From positions 300,309 through 364,308 of the forward strand of contig JAGXIU010000002.1 in assembly GCA_024635455.1 (NCBI GenBank): 64,000 nt of DNA. Reading direction: 5' to 3'. This DNA comes from Candidatus Saccharimonadota bacterium (GTDB lineage: Bacteria > Patescibacteriota > Saccharimonadia > Saccharimonadales > SLHW01). Position numbers and translations under genes: made by a program. Shown here one piece after another: positions 58,115 through 64,000 of the stretch. A model generated the notes under the pieces. It was given only the letters and a program-made list of their open reading frames with translations, searched no databases and had not been told where the DNA came from. The number at the start of each line of letters is the position of its first letter. The first letter of the stretch is position 1.

Positions 58115-60934
58115 ATGAATGATGTTATTCGTGTACAGGGAGCTCGTGAGCACAACTTACAAAATGTTGATGTTGAGCTGCCGCGCAATAAATTAGTAGT
58201 CGTGACAGGCTTAAGTGGGTCTGGTAAGAGTAGTCTGGCATTCGATACTATCTATGCAGAAGGCCAGCGACGTTATGTGGAGAGTTTAAGTAGCTACGCA
58301 CGACAATTCCTTGGTTTGATGGAAAAGCCAGACGTTGATCAAATAGATGGTCTAAGTCCAGCAATTTCTATTGACCAAAAATCAACCAGCCGCAACCCAC
58401 GTAGTACGGTTGCAACAGTTACCGAAATTTATGATTATCTGCGTTTACTATATGCGCGCATCGGCATACCACATTGTCCAGTATGTGGGAAGCCAGTTGA
58501 GCGTCAGACCAATGCTGCCATCGTTGATAAAGTGAGCGTTATAGCCAAAGGGTCACGATTGGTAATACTAGCGCCAATTGTGCTGGATAAAAAAGGTGCC
58601 TTTGAGCACATACCAGAACAATACATGCGTGCAGGTTTTGCCCGCGTACGCGTAGACGGCGTTATTTATGCATTGGATGAGTTCCCAGAGTTGGATAAAA
58701 ACTACAAACACACCATAGACGTTGTTGTAGATCGATTAGTGAATGATGAGCAGAGCCGCGGCCGACTCGTACAAAGTGTCGAACAAGCGTTGGATTTGGC
58801 AGACGGTAAGCTCAATGTACTTGATGTTGACGCTGATGAAATGCATACATATACCCTTCGTTATGCATGTGTCGATCACCCAGACGTCGCAATACCTGAA
58901 CTAGAGCCAAGGACCTTCAGTTTCAATAGTCCGCATGGCGCCTGTCCTGTTTGCACAGGGCTTGGTTCACGGCTCGAGGTTGATCCAGAGCTGGCGGTCC
59001 CTAATGGTCGCCTAACTATCGCCGAGGGTGCAATCCGACCCTACAATCGAGTCAGTGCTGACGCTTGGTACATGAAAAAGCTACAAGCGGTCGCAGAAGC
59101 CTATGACTTTTCCCTACAGGTACCAACCGGCGAATTGCCTGACCATATCATGCATAAGATTATGTACGGAACTGGTGACCAAACCTACCGAGTAAAGCTT
59201 GGCACTGGCCGTTATTTTGACACCACCTACGAGGGTGTTGTGCCTAATCTAGAACGTAGGCACAAAGAAACCGATAGTGAGTTTATGCGTAAGGATATCG
59301 AGCGGTTCATGCGCGAACGACCATGTCATGAATGTGGTGGGCGTCGGCTTCGCAAAGAAGTTTTGGCTGTTACGATTAACTCATCTTCTATTACCGATAT
59401 TTGCGAGCTATCAATTGATGACGCAATCTCGTTTATGAGTTCTTTGAAGTTAAACCAAAAAGAATCACAGATTGCTGTGCAAATACTTAAAGAAATCGAT
59501 GCTCGACTCCAGTTCATGCAGAATGTCGGTTTGCATTATCTGAGTTTGTCTCGTAGCGCAGTCACGCTCTCCGGAGGTGAAGCGCAGCGTATACGACTTG
59601 CCACGCAAATTGGATCTGGCTTACAAGGGGTACTGTATGTACTCGATGAACCAAGCATTGGCTTGCACCAGCGAGATAACGAACGACTGATCGCCACCCT
59701 CATGCGATTACGGGATCTCGGCAACACTGTCCTAGTTGTGGAGCATGACGAGGACACAATTCGTTCTGCTGATCATGTACTTGATGTTGGGCCGGGTGCT
59801 GGTGTGGCAGGGGGCAAGATAGTCGCCAATGGTACTCCAGAGCATGTCGCCAAACACAAGACGAGTATTACAGGTAAATATTTGCGTGGTGATGAGCGAA
59901 TTGAGGTGCCAAAAAAACGTCGGCAAGGATCCGGGAAGTCATTGAAAGTATCAGGTGCTCGTGAGAACAACCTACAAAATATTGATGTTGAAATACCACT
60001 CGGAAAGCTTGTCGTTGTGAGTGGCGTGTCTGGCTCGGGTAAGTCCAGCTTGATAAATGACATTGTCTCAAAAGAGTTGAGCGCGCGGTTAATGCGTTCC
60101 AACGAGGCTGCTGGACGACACGATAATTTTGAAGGTATAAAAAATCTCGACAAGGTCATCACGATCGACCAGTCACCAATTGGGCGAACGCCACGCTCTA
60201 ACCCAGCCACCTACACAGGCTTGTTTACTCCAATCCGTGAGCTATTCGCGGCTACGCCAGAGTCAAAACTGCGTGGCTACAAAGCGGGACGGTTCAGCTT
60301 TAACGTTAAGGGTGGGCGTTGCGAGAACTGCCGAGGCGACGGCATTATCAAGATCGAGATGCATTTCTTGCCAGACGTCTATGTGACATGTGAGGAATGT
60401 AAGGGAAGACGTTACAACAATGAAGCACTTGAAGTGCACTACAAAGGTAAGACGATTAGCGACGTGTTATCTATGACGTGTGATAGTGCCTTAGTATTTT
60501 TCGAGAATATGCCGGCGATTTCTCGAAAGCTTCAGACCATGGTCGACGTCGGTCTCGGCTATATTAAGCTTGGCCAACCAGCTACAACGTTATCTGGTGG
60601 CGAGGCACAGCGCGTTAAGTTGGCAACCGAGCTCTCACGACGAGCCACCGGCAGAACCCTATATATCCTTGACGAGCCGACTACGGGTCTACACATGGAC
60701 GACGTCAAAAAGCTATTGGGTGTACTGCACGCTTTGGTTGACACCGGCAACAGCATGATTGTTATCGAGCACAATCTTGATGTTATTAAGAATGCTGATC
60801 ACATAATTGATATGGGGCCAGAGGGTGGTGCTGGCGGTGGAACAATCGTTGCTCAAGGGACCCCAGAAGCAATCGCTCAAAAGAAATCGTCATATACCGG
60901 AACGTATTTACGGGAGATGTTGTCACGAAAATAA
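58115..60934 (+). CDS. uvrA: Excinuclease ABC subunit A
   Basis: Two ABC modules ([26 protein letters not shown] twice) and zinc-finger CxxC pairs. 939 aa. Confidence 0.96.
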   Translation: MNDVIRVQGAREHNLQNVDVELPRNKLVVVTGLSGSGKSSLAFDTIYAEGQRRYVESLSSYARQFLGLMEKPDVDQIDGLSPAISIDQKSTSRNPRSTVATVTEIYDYLRLLYARIGIPHCPVCGKPVERQTNAAIVDKVSVIAKGSRLVILAPIVLDKKGAFEHIPEQYMRAGFARVRVDGVIYALDEFPELDKNYKHTIDVVVDRLVNDEQSRGRLVQSVEQALDLADGKLNVLDVDADEMHTYTLRYACVDHPDVAIPELEPRTFSFNSPHGACPVCTGLGSRLEVDPELAVPNGRLTIAEGAIRPYNRVSADAWYMKKLQAVAEAYDFSLQVPTGELPDHIMHKIMYGTGDQTYRVKLGTGRYFDTTYEGVVPNLERRHKETDSEFMRKDIERFMRERPCHECGGRRLRKEVLAVTINSSSITDICELSIDDAISFMSSLKLNQKESQIAVQILKEIDARLQFMQNVGLHYLSLSRSAVTLSGGEAQRIRLATQIGSGLQGVLYVLDEPSIGLHQRDNERLIATLMRLRDLGNTVLVVEHDEDTIRSADHVLDVGPGAGVAGGKIVANGTPEHVAKHKTSITGKYLRGDERIEVPKKRRQGSGKSLKVSGARENNLQNIDVEIPLGKLVVVSGVSGSGKSSLINDIVSKELSARLMRSNEAAGRHDNFEGIKNLDKVITIDQSPIGRTPRSNPATYTGLFTPIRELFAATPESKLRGYKAGRFSFNVKGGRCENCRGDGIIKIEMHFLPDVYVTCEECKGRRYNNEALEVHYKGKTISDVLSMTCDSALVFFENMPAISRKLQTMVDVGLGYIKLGQPATTLSGGEAQRVKLATELSRRATGRTLYILDEPTTGLHMDDVKKLLGVLHALVDTGNSMIVIEHNLDVIKNADHIIDMGPEGGAGGGTIVAQGTPEAIAQKKSSYTGTYLREMLSRK

Positions 60935-61020
60935 TCACCTCTGGTAAATATAAATTCCATCTGTTATAATAATCGGTCGAACCATATATCAACCACACAA
61001 ATGGGAGCGAGAAAGAACTT

Positions 61021-61746
61021 ATGTCCTCAGATACAATAACCGTAGAGCTAAAAAAACGAGATATTCTTCGCAAGAAGCTGGCTTCTTTACGCCAAACGGG
61101 CGAAGTGCCGGTTGTTGTGCACGATCACGGCAAGCCATCTATCCACGCTTCAGTACAAGCGCTACCTCTAGAGAAGACAATAGCTACTGCCGGGAGGCAC
61201 CACCCGATCGAAGCAAAAATAGGTAGCGAATCCCGCCTCGTACTTATTCGAGACGTCGACTACGACCCACGCCGACATCAAATCCGACACGTTGTTTTTC
61301 AGTCAATTCACCGCAATCAGAAGGCACATGCTGAGATTCCAATAGAATTTGACGGAGATATTCCAGCAGAACGAGCCAGCCTTATGGTAATTTATCAATT
61401 AGATGAAATCGAAGTCGAGGCATTGCCAAATGATTTGCCTGATAACATTTTAGTCGATCCATCGAGCCTCAAAGAAGTCGGTGACACTATTTATGTACGA
61501 GACATACCAGTGCCAAAAGGCGTCACTATCCTAACTGAGGGAAATTACCCAATCGCAACTGTAGAAATGCCAAAAGACCAGTTGGCTGAAGCCGATGCGT
61601 CTGCAGAATCTCTAGCTGAGGATGCAGAAATGAGCGGAATCCCAGAAGAAGATGAGGCAGATACAGCAGCCGGCGATGATGATAAAGACTCAGCTGAAGA
61701 CGACAACAGTGCTGATGAGTCTGAAGAGCAATCAAAAGAAAGCTAG
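61021..61746 (+). CDS. rplY: 50S ribosomal protein L25/Ctc with acidic C-terminal tail
   Basis: N-terminal LRKKLASLRQTGEVPVVVHDHGK, a two-domain Ctc-length body and a D/E-rich tail. Confidence 0.85.
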   Translation: MSSDTITVELKKRDILRKKLASLRQTGEVPVVVHDHGKPSIHASVQALPLEKTIATAGRHHPIEAKIGSESRLVLIRDVDYDPRRHQIRHVVFQSIHRNQKAHAEIPIEFDGDIPAERASLMVIYQLDEIEVEALPNDLPDNILVDPSSLKEVGDTIYVRDIPVPKGVTILTEGNYPIATVEMPKDQLAEADASAESLAEDAEMSGIPEEDEADTAAGDDDKDSAEDDNSADESEEQSKES

Positions 61747-61802
61747 TAAGGGAGTGCTCGTCTACCAAAGGCGAGCACAGCACGCATTAAGGGTGAAAAC
61801 TC

Positions 61803-63779
61803 GTGTCAGAACGTAACTACAACTCAGCATTCAATCCTAGCGAAGCTTATAGCCAGGATTCAGAGGCTGACGCTGAGAAGACTAAAAAAGAAAAAGAAGA
61901 GGCCGAGAAAAAACGAAAAAAACAAAGAAAACAGGCAGACAAAGAGCACCAAAAAAACGATTCGTTTTTTGATAAAAAGTCAGAGCAGGAAAAACCGGAT
62001 GCAAAGAGAGCATCTGTATTTGATAAGCTTCTTGGAGTTGACAAGAAAGAATCAGAGCCAAACAAAAAAAAGCTACAGCATAAGGGGAAAGACGACACAG
62101 CGAAGTCTGAAACTGCGACGACTTCACCTGAGCGTACTGCTCATACAGCTGGGAGGAGCGCTGAGCAGACGACAGCTAAACCTGAGCAGCTTGATGACGC
62201 TGAAGCGATAGAAGCAACGCAGACTTACATCGCCGCACGTTCGGCGCAATTGGAGGCGGAAGCGAACCAAGATTCTTCAGCAGCGACCAATCCTGAGGAT
62301 CAATCACCAGAAGAAAAGCTACGACAATCTCATGCCAATCTGGGCTTTCTTCAGGCGTTAAAGCGCAGTCTAACGAGAGAAAAAACTGCGCCGAATGAAG
62401 AAATGCTCGAGGCGTCACTCCAAGAAGCAACAGGGGGCCAGGTAGCAGCTGAAGATGACGCGAGCGAGCGGGTAGAAGCAACAGTCCCCGACAATGAAGC
62501 GCCAGCCGAAGATACTGCAGAAGTAGCTTCAGCAACAGAAGCAACCCCACTTACTACTCCGTCTCATCCAGCCAGTGGTGAGCTTCAATCTGATGGGGTA
62601 GTTCACTTATCAGCAATAGAGCCTGACCCTAGCGCGCCAGAACGCCCTGATAATGTAGGTCCTGTAGTGATGGATCATGATCAGTTTGGTGGTAATTCAG
62701 CTGCATCAGCTCAAGAATTTTCAAATGCATCAACATTCAAGCCATCGATTGAGCGAACACAACCGCGCACTGGAGCAGGAGAGTTCTTGCTTGGTGGATT
62801 TGTCGGGTATTTACTTGGAAAGCGGAGAGGTCGCATAAAAACAGAGAAAGAGTTGGAACCCGTTCGTACCTCACTTGAAGGCCAGGTCACACAACTTGAG
62901 CAAACTATCCGAGCCTATGAGGCACGCGCTCGTGCTTCTGTTTCCGAACAACGAGCTACCCCAGCATCAGCAAAACCTGCAAGCGAGCAAGCGAACGCTA
63001 CCGAAACTGCATATGGTTCGCGACAAAAACCGGCGCCTGCAGAAGTTAGCGCTTCCGCCGATGAAACAGAGCAAAAACCCGAGATTTCGTCAGTAAAAGA
63101 CGAACCTGATGAGTCAGAGGACTCATTTAAGCGTGCTGCCCTGGAGCATTCGGAATCACTCGCTCGCTCACAAGAGACTACTGCTGAGCAAATATCTCGC
63201 CTTGGTATATCTCGCGAGGGAATGACGCAACAATCAGATTCGTCCGAAGGTGAACCAGACGCGTATAGGAGCGCACGCAGAGATGTTCTCACACCTGAGC
63301 GAGTCGATACGACTGCAACAGCTGCTTTGCTTAATCGTGCAGAATCTATTCGGTACAACAACCAAAGCTTACGTACGTTATATGAGCGAGGTGAGGTGAG
63401 CGATCGGGTGCTGCGCGGAGCGTTGAAAGAACACTTGCGTGGCAATCGTATTGATATGTATCTCGATAAAGAATTAGAGAAAACTCAAGCGAGTACAGAG
63501 GCCTATAACCCAGAAACAGCTCCCGGAAATTCATCGGCGAGGCAGTTCAGTGATAATAATGCTATCAACACTGATACCAAGAGTTCAGCAGCGCTCGAGC
63601 TACCCCCTGTTTCGTTTGACTCGCAGCAGCACGACGTTGGTGATTCTGGGCAACCTAAAAATGTTATAACTGGTCAAAGTCAGTCGCAAAAAATGAAACA
63701 AGCCGGCCTTGGCGCAGTGCTCGGCCTTATTTTAGTGCTCGTTCTGTGGTTTTTACTAAGTGGCAGTAGCTTGATTTAA
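61803..63779 (+). CDS. Hypothetical K/E-rich low-complexity membrane protein
   Basis: GTG start with GGGTGA upstream. Internal TM GEFLLGGFVGYLLG and C-terminal TM AGLGAVLGLILVLVLWFLLSG. Confidence 0.65.
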   Translation: MSERNYNSAFNPSEAYSQDSEADAEKTKKEKEEAEKKRKKQRKQADKEHQKNDSFFDKKSEQEKPDAKRASVFDKLLGVDKKESEPNKKKLQHKGKDDTAKSETATTSPERTAHTAGRSAEQTTAKPEQLDDAEAIEATQTYIAARSAQLEAEANQDSSAATNPEDQSPEEKLRQSHANLGFLQALKRSLTREKTAPNEEMLEASLQEATGGQVAAEDDASERVEATVPDNEAPAEDTAEVASATEATPLTTPSHPASGELQSDGVVHLSAIEPDPSAPERPDNVGPVVMDHDQFGGNSAASAQEFSNASTFKPSIERTQPRTGAGEFLLGGFVGYLLGKRRGRIKTEKELEPVRTSLEGQVTQLEQTIRAYEARARASVSEQRATPASAKPASEQANATETAYGSRQKPAPAEVSASADETEQKPEISSVKDEPDESEDSFKRAALEHSESLARSQETTAEQISRLGISREGMTQQSDSSEGEPDAYRSARRDVLTPERVDTTATAALLNRAESIRYNNQSLRTLYERGEVSDRVLRGALKEHLRGNRIDMYLDKELEKTQASTEAYNPETAPGNSSARQFSDNNAINTDTKSSAALELPPVSFDSQQHDVGDSGQPKNVITGQSQSQKMKQAGLGAVLGLILVLVLWFLLSGSSLI

Positions 63780-63841
63780 CTAGACGAGATGGAGTAAGCT
63801 TAAGCGTAGAAAGGCTAACGTAAAGGAGCTAATCTTACACC

Positions 63842-64000
63842 ATGAAACAAACGATACCAGCATTATTATTTACCGCGGTTTTTGTGCTTTCGGCAGCTGT
63901 CTTACCGGCCTCTGTTATTGCGCACGGCCAAGCAACCGCTCAGCGCGGCAACGGACGCAGTGAGCAGGCGCAAGTGACCGCAGAAGAAAGACGTGAGCAA
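63842..64000 (+). CDS. Secreted hypothetical protein, 3' end outside window
   Basis: AAAGGAG ribosome-binding site. MKQTIPALLFTAVFVLSAAVLPASVIAHG signal peptide. Open to the window edge. Confidence 0.6.
   Translation, partial: MKQTIPALLFTAVFVLSAAVLPASVIAHGQATAQRGNGRSEQAQVTAEERREQ

Overview
About 64 kb of densely packed, mostly plus-strand bacterial sequence with roughly 60 genes. All calls come from reading motifs in the supplied ORF translations and the DNA; no homology search was possible.

Core content:
- Glycolysis: pyk-pgk-tpiA.
- Translation: metG, a short alaS, mnmA, rsmA, rplY (L25/Ctc), obg, tRNA-Glu(UUC) and tmRNA.
- DNA repair: pcrA plus a Nudix gene, a class II-like photolyase, sbcB and uvrA.
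- F1Fo ATP synthase genes b-delta-alpha-gamma-beta-epsilon, with no a or c subunit gene anywhere in the window.
- Division and cell wall: ftsA, ruvX-mltG, a LysM/CHAP hydrolase and a DUF348/G5 protein.
- Others: MgtE-like channel, membrane S1 protease, GH37 trehalase, MarR regulator, orphan histidine kinase.

Likely source (inference only): a reduced-genome monoderm such as Saccharibacteria/CPR. This rests on the LPXTG and LysM/CHAP/G5 envelope proteins, the shortened housekeeping proteins (AlaRS without C-Ala, MgtE without its N-domain) and the many acidic membrane-anchored orphan proteins.

Most interesting observations:
1. A surface-protein locus at 36.3-42.7 kb. It has three paralogous secreted proteins, a DUF916/DUF3324-like membrane-anchored protein and a PKD protein, resembling a divergent WxL/csc-type cell-surface complex.
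2. An AT-rich islet carrying a membrane-tethered HNH nuclease (24.3-25.3 kb), a candidate defence gene.
3. A 20-bp identical near-palindromic site upstream of marR and of a small Cys-rich ORF, a putative two-site MarR regulon.
4. The tRNA-Glu is flanked by partial copies of itself and a GC-rich structured spacer.
5. The tmRNA has a non-canonical T-loop.
6. The ORF occupying the usual atpB/atpE position ends in a subunit-c-like RNP-loop hairpin that lacks the carboxylate.
7. A pair of 2H-phosphoesterase-like paralogues brackets the repair genes.

No CRISPR array, transposase, integrase or rRNA was seen.
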